Below, in pieces: positions 1 to 8,440 of a stretch of 64,000 nt of DNA. The stretch comes from Planctomycetota bacterium (lineage in GTDB: Bacteria; Planctomycetota; Phycisphaerae; UBA1845; PWPN01): positions 1 to 64,000 of the forward strand of contig JAKLEZ010000011.1 of the NCBI GenBank assembly GCA_022711465.1, given 5' to 3'. A program made the position numbers and the translations under genes. The notes below the pieces were generated by a model. That model had not been told where the DNA came from and did not search any database. It worked only from the letters and a program-made list of their open reading frames with translations. Each line of letters starts with the position of its first letter. The first letter of the stretch is position 1.

Positions 1-137
1 GTTGCACGTGGTCAGCCAACCGCGTTTGCTCAAGCCCCTCCATCCCGTCGGTCCCCGGCGTCAACCGACCCAACATGTGATCGGCCAAGGGCTCCCTGCA
101 CTCGGGCAATCAGGGGGGAGACTTCAGGTCTTCCCCC

Positions 138-1430
138 TTGCGTTTGTCCGGCAATCCGCTAGTTTGGGTGGCGATGCCCGACCGTCGTAACATAGACCGC
201 CACTTGTCGGTGCTGATCGAGGTCGTTCGCCAGATGAGCGAGACCTTCGAGCTGGTTCCGCTGCTGAAAGCGGCGGAGCAGGCGGGGCGGTCCGCGCTGG
301 GATGCGAGCGGGCGACCATCTTCCTCTACGACCCTCAGACCGACGAGCTGCACAGCAAGGTGGCCACCGGTACCGGCGAAATCCGCTTCCCCGCCAAGCT
401 CGGCATCGCGGGCGAAGTGGTCCGCACGAAGTCCGTGGTCGTGGTCCACGACGCTTACGCCGACCCGCGGTTCAACCCGGAGATCGACCGCAAGACCGGT
501 TTTCGCACCCGGAACATGCTTACCCTGCCGCTGGTCGGGCCGGAAGGCGAGGTCATCGGCGCCCTGCAACTGCTGAACAAGGTGCAGGCGCAATTCGACG
601 ACCGGGACGAGAACCTGGCTGCCGGGCTCGGTTCACTCATCGGGATCGCCGTCAAGCGTCAGATCCTCCTGGATATGGCCGCGGAGAAGGAACGCCTTGA
701 TCACGACCTGAGCATCGCCCGCCAGATCCAGATGGAAATGCTGCCCAAGCAGAAGCCGGTCGTCGAAGGCTTTGATGTGGCCGGCTGGAATCGCCCTGCC
801 GACCAGACCGGCGGCGACTGCTACGGTTTTCTGCCCCTGGACGGCGGCCGGCTGCTATTTCTGATTGCGGATGCGTCCGGCCACGGGATCGGGCCGGCCC
901 TGGTTGTGACCCAATGCCGGGCCATGATCCGGGCCCTGGCCGATCGAGCAGAGGATCCTGCCGCCATCGCCTCCCGGCTGAACAGCCTGCTCTATGAGGA
1001 CCTGCCCGCCGGCCGGTTCGTCACCGCCTGTTTCGGAATCCTCGACCCCGAACTGCGCCAGGTGAACTACATCAGCGCCGGACACGGTCCGCTGCTCCTC
1101 TACCACGCCGCGACCAGCGAGGTCGAGTCCTTCGGGGCCACCGGCTTGCCCATGGCCATCCTGCAGGACAGCGACTATCGGCAAGGCCCACCCATCGAGT
1201 TCCAGCCCGGCGACATCTTCTGCCTGCTGACCGACGGGTTCGTCGAGTGGGCCAGGCCGGACGGCGAGCTCTACGGCCCCGCGCGGCTCAACCAACTGCT
1301 GGCCGACCACCACCACGAATCGTGTCAGGCGATCATCCAGGCGATTCACGACGACGTGCGCCGCTTCGCCCAAGGTACGCCCCAGGCCGACGATCTGACC
1401 GCGGTGCTGATCAAGAGAAGCGAAGCATAG
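138..1430 (+). CDS. GAF-domain PP2C/SpoIIE-family serine phosphatase (RsbU-like)
   Basis: 430-aa ORF. N-terminal GAF-like region (ATIFLYDPQTDELHSKVATG). C-terminal PP2C metal-binding motifs (IADASGHGIGPALV, LLTDGFVEW, ADDLT). An alternative in-frame ATG lies at 174. Confidence 0.8.
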   Translation: MRLSGNPLVWVAMPDRRNIDRHLSVLIEVVRQMSETFELVPLLKAAEQAGRSALGCERATIFLYDPQTDELHSKVATGTGEIRFPAKLGIAGEVVRTKSVVVVHDAYADPRFNPEIDRKTGFRTRNMLTLPLVGPEGEVIGALQLLNKVQAQFDDRDENLAAGLGSLIGIAVKRQILLDMAAEKERLDHDLSIARQIQMEMLPKQKPVVEGFDVAGWNRPADQTGGDCYGFLPLDGGRLLFLIADASGHGIGPALVVTQCRAMIRALADRAEDPAAIASRLNSLLYEDLPAGRFVTACFGILDPELRQVNYISAGHGPLLLYHAATSEVESFGATGLPMAILQDSDYRQGPPIEFQPGDIFCLLTDGFVEWARPDGELYGPARLNQLLADHHHESCQAIIQAIHDDVRRFAQGTPQADDLTAVLIKRSEA

Positions 1431-1590
1431 CCGGCGACTCGCATCCGAACGGACTGTCTGCAGTGGCACATTCCAGAACACCCCTTCGCCCGCGAGTCCT
1501 GGCCTGAAACCACCCCGCCGTCTGGGAACATTGACTTCGGGCCATCGTCCGAAGGGCGCTCTCGCCAGCCACGATGACCATCGAGCCGTA

Positions 1591-2589
1591 TCACCGCCAC
1601 ATGTTCCGTCGCGCCTTGGCGATCCGTTGCTTCAGGTGACGGCGATACTCACGACGGAAGGCGGGTTCAAAGAGAATCTGCCGGTACTGCTCCAGCAGCT
1701 CCGGGCGGTGCTGCCTGAGCACCTGCTGCACGGAAGGCCACACCCCCGAACGCAGGTTGAGCCCGTCCGTCCAGATGCGCCCGACTCGGGCTTCACGGGC
1801 CAGACGGAACAGCCGAGCCAGGGCCTCGTCCGTGTCGCTGATTCCCGGAAGCAGCGGTCCGAACATGACCGCTGTTTCCAGCCCCGCCGCTCGAGCCTGC
1901 TTGAGCACTTCACATCTGGCGGCCACCGCGGACGCGCCGGGCTCCCAGATCCGGGCCCATGACTCGTCCGGCGTGGTAATCGTCACGCCGACACAGACCT
2001 CGCGCCCCTTGAACACATCCAGATCACGCAGCACCAGGTTGCTCTTGGTCAGGACGGTGAGTTGAAAGCCGGCGTCGAGCAGGAGCCGGCAGCACTCCCG
2101 GGTCAGTCGATACTCGCGTTCGAGCGGCTGCCACCCGTCACACGCACTGCAGGTAAAGACCGAGCCGGGCTCGAGCCGCCGCAACTGGCGGCTCAGGGCC
2201 TGCACGGCGTTGACCTTGACGTCCACGAACGTGCCCCAGGGCTCCTCGTGGGGGTGAAAACGCTGCATGAAGCGGGCATAGCAGTAACCGCAATTGTGGC
2301 TGCAGCCGACGTAGCAGTTGAAGGAGTAGTCACCGATATCACAGGTGTTGAGCAGGCTGCGGCACCGGACCTCGCGTATGACCAGCCCGTTCGCTGCAGA
2401 CCGCCGGGACGGCACAGGCGGGTCGGACGGGTCGAACAACCAGCCCTGGCCGTCCGGAGAGCCCCCTGGATGACCTGCCTTGCTCACAGACGTCCACTCT
2501 ATCGGCCCATGAAGCCTGCCGCCAGCGTTGACGAGGAGCACGTCTTGTGGTCGCATATCCGCGAAGAGGCGGCCGCAGCGGGCCCCCAT
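1591..2589 (-). CDS. radical SAM protein, spore-photoproduct-lyase / DNA photolyase-like (SplB family)
   Basis: CxxxCxxC radical-SAM cluster motif CSHNCGYCYARF. Overall layout matches SplB-like DNA repair photolyases. The true start may be internal (MRPQDV). Confidence 0.75.
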   Translation of the reverse strand: MGARCGRLFADMRPQDVLLVNAGGRLHGPIEWTSVSKAGHPGGSPDGQGWLFDPSDPPVPSRRSAANGLVIREVRCRSLLNTCDIGDYSFNCYVGCSHNCGYCYARFMQRFHPHEEPWGTFVDVKVNAVQALSRQLRRLEPGSVFTCSACDGWQPLEREYRLTRECCRLLLDAGFQLTVLTKSNLVLRDLDVFKGREVCVGVTITTPDESWARIWEPGASAVAARCEVLKQARAAGLETAVMFGPLLPGISDTDEALARLFRLAREARVGRIWTDGLNLRSGVWPSVQQVLRQHRPELLEQYRQILFEPAFRREYRRHLKQRIAKARRNMWR

Positions 2590-2636
2590 GCATGTCTGCC
2601 ACCAGGCGGCATGTCTTCGGACAGGAGATGCGAATC

Positions 2637-3590
2637 ATGCAGTACCGGCCACTCGGAAAACGCGGCCCAATGGTCTCGACCGTCGGATTCGGCACCTGGG
2701 CGATCGGCGGGCGAGACTGGGGCAAGACCGACGACGAGGTCTCGCGCCGCGCCATCCACGAAGCCCTTGATCGCGGAGTGACGCTGCTGGATACGGCCGA
2801 CGTCTACGGGCACGGCCACTCCGAGGAGCTGATCGGCGGAGTGCTCCGCGAGCGCGGCGAGAGCAAGGTGATCATCGCCACCAAAGCAGGCAATGACTTC
2901 TATCACGCCACCCCTGCCGACGACAAGGGCTATGGACCGCTCCGCCAGGTTTACGATCGCCAGTATCTCATCGAGGCGGTGGAGAAAAGCCTGAAGCGAC
3001 TGAGAGTGGAGACACTCGACATCCTGCAACTCCACAGCCCCGACACCGCACACCTCGAACGCGACGACCCCTGGGACGCTCTCCAGACGCTTAAACGACA
3101 GGGCAAGATCCGTTGGGCGGGATGGAGTGTGCAGTCCTTTCAGGAAATCCTGCAGGCTCGCTTCCTGGACCATCACCACGATCTGCTGGACGTGCTCCAG
3201 GTGCGATACAACCTGCTCGAGCGAGAGGCCGAGAAGGTGCTGTTCCCCAAGGCCGCCGAGTACGGCACCGGCATCATCGTTCGCATCCCCATCCTGTTCG
3301 GCCTGCTCAGCGGCAAGTTCACCCGGCAGTCGGTCTTCGGTGCCGACGATCACCGTCGCTTCAACCTATCGCCGCAGAAACTCGACGACTACCTCGCCCG
3401 GCTGGACGGCGTTCGTCCGCTGTTCGACCGCTTCCCTGGCCAGAGCATGGCCCAGGTCAGCCTGCGATTCTGCCTGACGCATCCGGTCTGCCACACGGTC
3501 ATTCCCGGCGGCAAGACCCCCGAGCAGGTCCGCGAGAACTGCGCCGCATCCGATCTGGGCCCCATCGACCCCGGCGACCTGCCGCACTGA
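2637..3590 (+). CDS. aldo/keto reductase family oxidoreductase
   Basis: MQYRPLGKRGPMVSTVGFGTWAIGG, the hallmark AKR N-terminus. ADVYGHGHSEELIG is also present. SD-like AGGAG lies 9 nt upstream of the ATG at 2637; the ORF track starts earlier at 2547. Confidence 0.85.
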   Translation: MQYRPLGKRGPMVSTVGFGTWAIGGRDWGKTDDEVSRRAIHEALDRGVTLLDTADVYGHGHSEELIGGVLRERGESKVIIATKAGNDFYHATPADDKGYGPLRQVYDRQYLIEAVEKSLKRLRVETLDILQLHSPDTAHLERDDPWDALQTLKRQGKIRWAGWSVQSFQEILQARFLDHHHDLLDVLQVRYNLLEREAEKVLFPKAAEYGTGIIVRIPILFGLLSGKFTRQSVFGADDHRRFNLSPQKLDDYLARLDGVRPLFDRFPGQSMAQVSLRFCLTHPVCHTVIPGGKTPEQVRENCAASDLGPIDPGDLPH

Positions 3591-3678
3591 CCGCGTCATT
3601 CCGCACCTTCACATCCAGACTGCAGGACCGTCTATATGATTGCCCGTTTGGCCTTCAATATCGTGTGGGAGGTACATC

Positions 3679-6201
3679 ATGGCTCGGCTCTGCTGTCTGA
3701 TCGGCATCATCCTCGTGTCCGCCTCTAGCACCTCCCTTCGCGGGCAAGCCTCCCAGGCGGCACCCGAGACCCAGCCAGCTGAGATCCGGGGAGTGCTTCG
3801 AACAGCCGTTTCCGAGGACGGTCTGCATTTCTCCGACAACGGCAGGGTATTTGCCCGGAACGCGACCGCCCCCGACCTCGTCAGGACGCCGAACGGCGAT
3901 CTGCTGGCGGTCTTCGACGACCTCAGCCGACCGTCCAAACCCGGTGAGCCGATTCTGGTCGTGTCGCGATCGACCGACGACGGCCTAACCTGGTCAGCCC
4001 CACGCCCGGCGATCGTCCGAGCCCAGGAGATCAAGAAACTCAGGATCAGCCACGGCGACTTCGTGTTGCTGCCTAACGGCTTGGTAAGACTGTACTTCCA
4101 TGTCACGGAGCCGAACGCGAAGGACGGCTCGCCCGGCAAGGTCAACTTCATCGGAAGCGCTTTGACCCGCAACGGCCAGGAATACGCCCTTGACCGTCGC
4201 ATGAAGGTCGGCTGCGAGCCGGGAGCCGATGCCCACCCTGCCGCCATTCGCGTGGGAGCCCAGACCCTGCTCCACGTGCAGAAACGCGAGGAACACGGCA
4301 GCCGATCGGCGAAGGCATCCCCGGCCGTGCTGCGCTACACGTCCGCTGACGGCCGGCGGTTCGGGCAGGCCGAGCGGATGCGGGAGCACGGCTTAGCCGG
4401 CAACATGGTCACCCTTCGCAACGGCAAGTACGGGTGGTATGTCTCTTCGGGAGAGGATCTCCGTGTTCTGATCTCCACCGACGGGCTGCACTGGCAGACC
4501 GAACCGGGGGTGTGCCTCAGATACGCGGTGGATCCGGCGGTTATACAACTGAAGAGCGGCAAGTTCATGATAATCTACTGCGCCCTGCCGGGCAGGGGAC
4601 TGATGGACACCGGTGAAGGCGCACTGGCCGCGGCTCCGGGCAGGGCCAGCGGTCTCGCCGCCGGTGGCCCGGGTGCGTCCTCCGGCCAGGGAACCCAAGG
4701 CGCGACCAGTGACCAACCGAACGACCAGCCCGGCGAGTCGGAGACCGCACCATCCTCTCCGGCCGACGGCACTGTCGTCGACGGCGCGGGCCAGGAGCCG
4801 GCGTGGGATCCGTTCACGCAAGCCGACCCGGTTAGCGAACTGGGAGATCCGGCTCAAGCACAGTCCGGTGGTACCGACACCCTGAGCCCCGATGAGTCGT
4901 TTGCCCAGAAGCCCGATTTCCAGAACGGGTTCGACTACTGCCAGTGGTGGCTTGACGCCGTCTCCCCCCCGCCCGGCAGCAACGCCTACGAATCGTACGC
5001 CTCATTCACGGACACCGATCGATCGGGCCCCGAATGGCAGTTCAAGGACCGGCTTAACGACGGTGGTAGTACCGGACCGCCCACGCCGTGGAACCCAGCC
5101 GACCATCCCGACTGGGAGCAGTCCTACCAGGCCTCCCAGAATCTCCTCGCCCAGTTCCGGGCGGCCACGCTCGACCCCAGGCTGCAGTTCTCGTCGGTCA
5201 CATTCGATCCAAACTCGGGTGACCCCGATAAGCGACTCCTGTTCAACTTCACCCTGCCCTCACTGGCCAGTTTCCGCGCGCTGTCCAAGGCAGTGCTGGC
5301 CCAGGGCTGGCGCATGGAGAACGGCCAGGTATCACCGGACAGAGTTCGGGATTCGTGGGAAACGGTTCTGGGCAACGCCAACCATCTTCAGAGCGGTCCG
5401 ACCCTGATCGAGGGACTGGTCAGCGTCGCAGAGCGAAACTTGGCCGAAAGCGAAGCTCGGTGGGCACTGAGGCAGGGCGTCTTCAGCACGCCCGACCAGA
5501 TCGCGGCGGCGCTGCGTCTACTCCAGGCGAAGGATGCCGCCACGGTCGACATGTCGCACACGCTTCGCCTGGAACACGCGGGTGCCATGGATGCAATCCA
5601 ATACACATTCTCGCCTGGCGATGCAAACGGCCAGCCGAAACTGAACATCGAGCGCGCCGACAAACTCCTGGACCTGGCGGGAAAGACCGGCCGGGCAGAG
5701 GAGATCCCTCCCCTGACGGCCGACGACGCTCGAGCAGCAGTCGATGCTTTCGACGCATGCTTCCGCGAGATGACCGAGCAATGGCGGACCGGTTACCCCA
5801 CGGTGCGAAGCGGCGACATCGAAGCCACCGCGGACAAGTATGTCGACACCAACATCATCACCAAGACCTTCCTTCCGAGCCTGGCACGGGTTTACCAGCT
5901 GCAGGCCAGGAGTGAAGCTTCCCGGCGAGCCACCCAGCTCTGCTACGAAGCCGCCCTGTTCAACGCCCGCCACGGCCGCTGGCCGGCCTCACTGGATGAG
6001 TTGCCCGAAGCTTCCAGGACCCAGGCTCGCACCGATCCGTTCACCGGCTCAGATTTCGGCTATCAACTCGGAGCGGACGGCCCAACCATCTACTCAAAAT
6101 CGGAAAACGCTGCCGATGACGGCGGCGTGCACTCCAAGAACTGGGCCAACAGTGTCGATAACAGCTCCGACGACTATGTCTTCTGGCCCCCCCAGCCGTA
6201 G
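3679..6201 (+). CDS. secreted multidomain protein: N-terminal BNR/sialidase-like domain, Pro/Gly/Ser-rich linker, C-terminal pilin-like domain ending in a GspG-type pseudopilin motif
   Basis: Signal peptide MARLCCLIGIILVSASSTSLRGQA with GGGAGG SD upstream. BNR repeats SRSTDDGLTW and ISTDGLHWQ. Low-complexity linker at aa ~320-470. C-terminus ATQLCYEAALFNARHGRWPASLDELPE...DPFTGSDFGYQLGADGPTIYSKSENAADDGGV...NWAN resembles GspG (LDLYRLDNGRYPTTEQGL...DPWG..Y.Y...G.DG). Confidence 0.7.
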   Translation: MARLCCLIGIILVSASSTSLRGQASQAAPETQPAEIRGVLRTAVSEDGLHFSDNGRVFARNATAPDLVRTPNGDLLAVFDDLSRPSKPGEPILVVSRSTDDGLTWSAPRPAIVRAQEIKKLRISHGDFVLLPNGLVRLYFHVTEPNAKDGSPGKVNFIGSALTRNGQEYALDRRMKVGCEPGADAHPAAIRVGAQTLLHVQKREEHGSRSAKASPAVLRYTSADGRRFGQAERMREHGLAGNMVTLRNGKYGWYVSSGEDLRVLISTDGLHWQTEPGVCLRYAVDPAVIQLKSGKFMIIYCALPGRGLMDTGEGALAAAPGRASGLAAGGPGASSGQGTQGATSDQPNDQPGESETAPSSPADGTVVDGAGQEPAWDPFTQADPVSELGDPAQAQSGGTDTLSPDESFAQKPDFQNGFDYCQWWLDAVSPPPGSNAYESYASFTDTDRSGPEWQFKDRLNDGGSTGPPTPWNPADHPDWEQSYQASQNLLAQFRAATLDPRLQFSSVTFDPNSGDPDKRLLFNFTLPSLASFRALSKAVLAQGWRMENGQVSPDRVRDSWETVLGNANHLQSGPTLIEGLVSVAERNLAESEARWALRQGVFSTPDQIAAALRLLQAKDAATVDMSHTLRLEHAGAMDAIQYTFSPGDANGQPKLNIERADKLLDLAGKTGRAEEIPPLTADDARAAVDAFDACFREMTEQWRTGYPTVRSGDIEATADKYVDTNIITKTFLPSLARVYQLQARSEASRRATQLCYEAALFNARHGRWPASLDELPEASRTQARTDPFTGSDFGYQLGADGPTIYSKSENAADDGGVHSKNWANSVDNSSDDYVFWPPQP

Positions 6202-6302
6202 CGATCGCAGCGAACAAGCAGCTGCGGAAAGACAGTCAGCCGATTGCCAGAACTGCCCGGACACACCCCGGCCGCCAATGGGCGCACACCCCACGCCTGC
6301 AG

Positions 6303-6638
6303 CTACCCCCCCGCCCGATACTTGATGACGTGCACACCCTCGATCGTCACCATCCCTTCGGTGACCATCTCGTCAATGTGCGGCAGCAGGGCATTGATCT
6401 TCTCCTCGGTATCGACGATCTCAACCAGCATGGGCAGATCTTCGGACAGCCGCAGAACCTTCGTGGTGTGCAGCCGGCTGTTCGCACCGAATCCCATCGG
6501 CCCACGGAGCACGGTCGCCCCGGCCAGGTGCAACTCGCGGGCCTTGAGTACGATCGCTTCGTAGAGCGGTCTGCTGTGCCATCGGTCGCTTTCGCCGATG
6601 AAGATCCGCAGCAGCTTGGCTTCGCCTTCCAGCTTCAT
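6303..6638 (-). CDS. DUF190 (PII-like fold) protein, the usual partner of CrcB fluoride channels
   Basis: MKLEGEAKLLRIFIGESDRWHSRPLYEAIVLKARELHLAGATVLRGPMGFG is a typical DUF190 sequence. It lies 40 nt downstream of crcB on the same strand. Confidence 0.75.
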   Translation of the reverse strand: MKLEGEAKLLRIFIGESDRWHSRPLYEAIVLKARELHLAGATVLRGPMGFGANSRLHTTKVLRLSEDLPMLVEIVDTEEKINALLPHIDEMVTEGMVTIEGVHVIKYRAGG

Positions 6639-6678
6639 GGTCGTTACCTCCCTGCCCCCTTCACCGGCGTCACGGCCC

Positions 6679-7062
6679 TCATACACCCAGCCACTTCTCC
6701 GAGAGCCGCATGCCGATCCAGACCGCCGCCAGACTCAGGACCAGACTGCCCAAGATGTTGGCCCCCGCCCAGAGCCACTGACGCTCGTTGACAAGAGAGA
6801 CCGTCTCCAGACCGAAAGTCGAGAACGTGGTGAAGCCACCGAGGATACCAACCGTGAGAGCAACGCGGTACTCCTCCCGAATGGGAAGGGGGCTGGTGAG
6901 TGCGGTGTTGAGCACGCCGATCGCGAGGCATCCCAGTACGTTGACGACCAGCGTCCCTATCGGGAACGTGCCGCCGCTCCAGGCTTGGCACCAGCCGGCC
7001 AGCAGGTAGCGCATCACCGAACCCACTCCGCCCCCGGCGGCAATCATCAGGATCTTGACCAT
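6679..7062 (-). CDS. crcB: fluoride ion channel CrcB/Fluc
   Basis: 127 aa with four predicted TM helices. N-terminus MVKILMIAAGGGVGSVMRYLLAG and the GGFTTFSTF motif are characteristic of CrcB. Confidence 0.85.
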   Translation of the reverse strand: MVKILMIAAGGGVGSVMRYLLAGWCQAWSGGTFPIGTLVVNVLGCLAIGVLNTALTSPLPIREEYRVALTVGILGGFTTFSTFGLETVSLVNERQWLWAGANILGSLVLSLAAVWIGMRLSEKWLGV

Positions 7063-7584
7063 CGATGAACCCCTTGGCTGACCTCACCACCCCAACAAGA
7101 AGCCCCAACAAGACCTGAGCCTTGCCGGGGCGGACCGATCCTACCGCTCGACTGCCCGGCGGGCAATGATTCCCGGACCGGCCCTTGCCTGAGCCGGTTA
7201 TGGGAAGTATAATTAAGACAACAAGAGGTTGCGGAGGCAAGGAACGACCGGCGCCGGCCCGGGCCGGGGGCAAACCTGACGGCCACGACGAGCGCCGCGA
7301 TCCCGCGACTCCGCCGAATCCGGGCCATCCGCGCGCGATTTCAAACCGGAATCGCACCCACCGGGTCCCGGGTTCTCGACGATATCGAACCGGACTTCTC
7401 TCCCCTCCTACTCAGTGTGAACCGGGATCGGCGGAAGAGCCGACCCCGGTGCATTTGTACCGGCCCCAGAAGCCACCGAGCCACGCAAACGGCGTGTGCG
7501 GGCGAACGACCAGAATCTGCATCCACATTCACACCAATGGTTTAGGGCTATAACGGATCCCATTCAGCCCAGTAGCCAAGGAAT

Positions 7585-7637
7585 CACTTGACAATGACCT
7601 ACTTATGTAGTACACTAGTAATATAGTGAGATAGACC
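7585..7637 (+). promoter_or_regulatory. sigma70-like promoter (TTGACA-17 nt-TACACT) overlapped by clustered short inverted repeats: putative GntR auto-operator
   Basis: TTGACA at 7588-7593, 17-nt spacer, TACACT at 7611-7616, ATG at 7639. Inverted repeats TACT-N5-AGTA (7600-7612), TAGT-AC-ACTA (7608-7617) and palindrome ACTAGT (7614-7619). The segment is an AT-rich island in a GC-rich genome. Confidence 0.3.
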
Positions 7638-7638
7638 T

Positions 7639-8031
7639 ATGATTCAATTTGCACTCAGCGGACATAGCGGCGTACCCATCTACCGGCAGATCCAGGATCA
7701 GATTCGCTTCGGGGTCTCCTCCGGGCGACTCCAGGCCGGCGAACAACTCCCCACGGTCCGAGCCCTGGCGGTAGAGCTGTCGGTCAACCCCAACACGATC
7801 ATCAAGGCCTACACGGAACTTGAACGCGAGGGTGTGCTGACCACAGAGCAGGGTACGGGTACCTTCGTAGCTCAGCAGCCGGCTGGCGGGCTCAGCGAAG
7901 CCGACCGGCAGGCCAAGCTCGAGTCGCTCTGCGTGGAGTTCCTGGCCCATGCAGGGGGCTACGGCTTCACCGCCCAGGAGGTCAACCGGATGATCCGGCA
8001 CCTCCTTGAGCAAGGAGGGAGACCATGCTGA
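7639..8031 (+). CDS. GntR-family transcriptional regulator, YtrA-like short form
   Basis: 130 aa. N-terminal winged HTH (IYRQIQDQIRFGVSSGRLQAGEQLPTVRALAVELSVNPNTIIKAYTELEREGVL) and a short two-helix C-terminal domain. Confidence 0.85.
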   Translation: MIQFALSGHSGVPIYRQIQDQIRFGVSSGRLQAGEQLPTVRALAVELSVNPNTIIKAYTELEREGVLTTEQGTGTFVAQQPAGGLSEADRQAKLESLCVEFLAHAGGYGFTAQEVNRMIRHLLEQGGRPC

Positions 8032-8402
8032 TCCGACTGGGTTTCTCTTCCGGCCGACAGGGAGCCGGTGACGAGGCTCCGAGAATGCGGGGCCTGACCG
8101 TCGAGTTCGCCATCCGACCGGGGGCGGCCAGCCCGACGCAAGGGATCGTGATGCGGAAGCTGCCGGAGCCGGGTCGCTCGCTGGCCATGGTTCCCGGTAC
8201 GCGTCTGCCGGCCGATCAGCCGACGGCGATCGTTGTGGCGGGAACAACGGACCGGCCAGCGGGTTTGGAGGCCCTTTGTGCGCAGTTTCTGTCGCACGCG
8301 AGCAGCTACGGCTTCAGCCCGGAGGAGATTGGAGAGATGGTCAAGCAGCTCTCGAAGGCTGAGGAATGCAGCTGCCGGCAGGCGTTCGAACGTGGAGATT
8401 GA
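8025..8402 (+). CDS. GntR-like paralogue lacking helix 1 of the wHTH (tandem duplicate of the preceding gene)
   Basis: Start overlaps the upstream stop (ATGCTGA). IRLGFSSGRQGAGDEAPRMRGLTVEFAIRP aligns with IRFGVSSGRLQAGEQLPTVRALAVELSVNP of the preceding GntR. C-terminus LEALCAQFLSHASSYGFSPEEIGEMVKQL aligns with LESLCVEFLAHAGGYGFTAQEVNRMIRHL. Confidence 0.5.
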   Translation: MLIRLGFSSGRQGAGDEAPRMRGLTVEFAIRPGAASPTQGIVMRKLPEPGRSLAMVPGTRLPADQPTAIVVAGTTDRPAGLEALCAQFLSHASSYGFSPEEIGEMVKQLSKAEECSCRQAFERGD

Positions 8403-8440
8403 GGCAGAGAGGCTCGTTTACAGAGGCAAAGGAGACAACG

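Noticed and set aside
1431-1590. Weak hairpin CTTCGG-N8-CCGAAG between the convergent GAF-PP2C and radical-SAM genes, considered as a terminator
   Set aside because: Only a 6-bp stem and no T-tract. Too weak to call.
7063-7400. Expected fluoride riboswitch upstream of crcB
   Set aside because: I searched both strands by eye for the conserved crcB-motif blocks and found none. Absence is reported as a finding rather than a feature, and a covariance-model scan is still needed.
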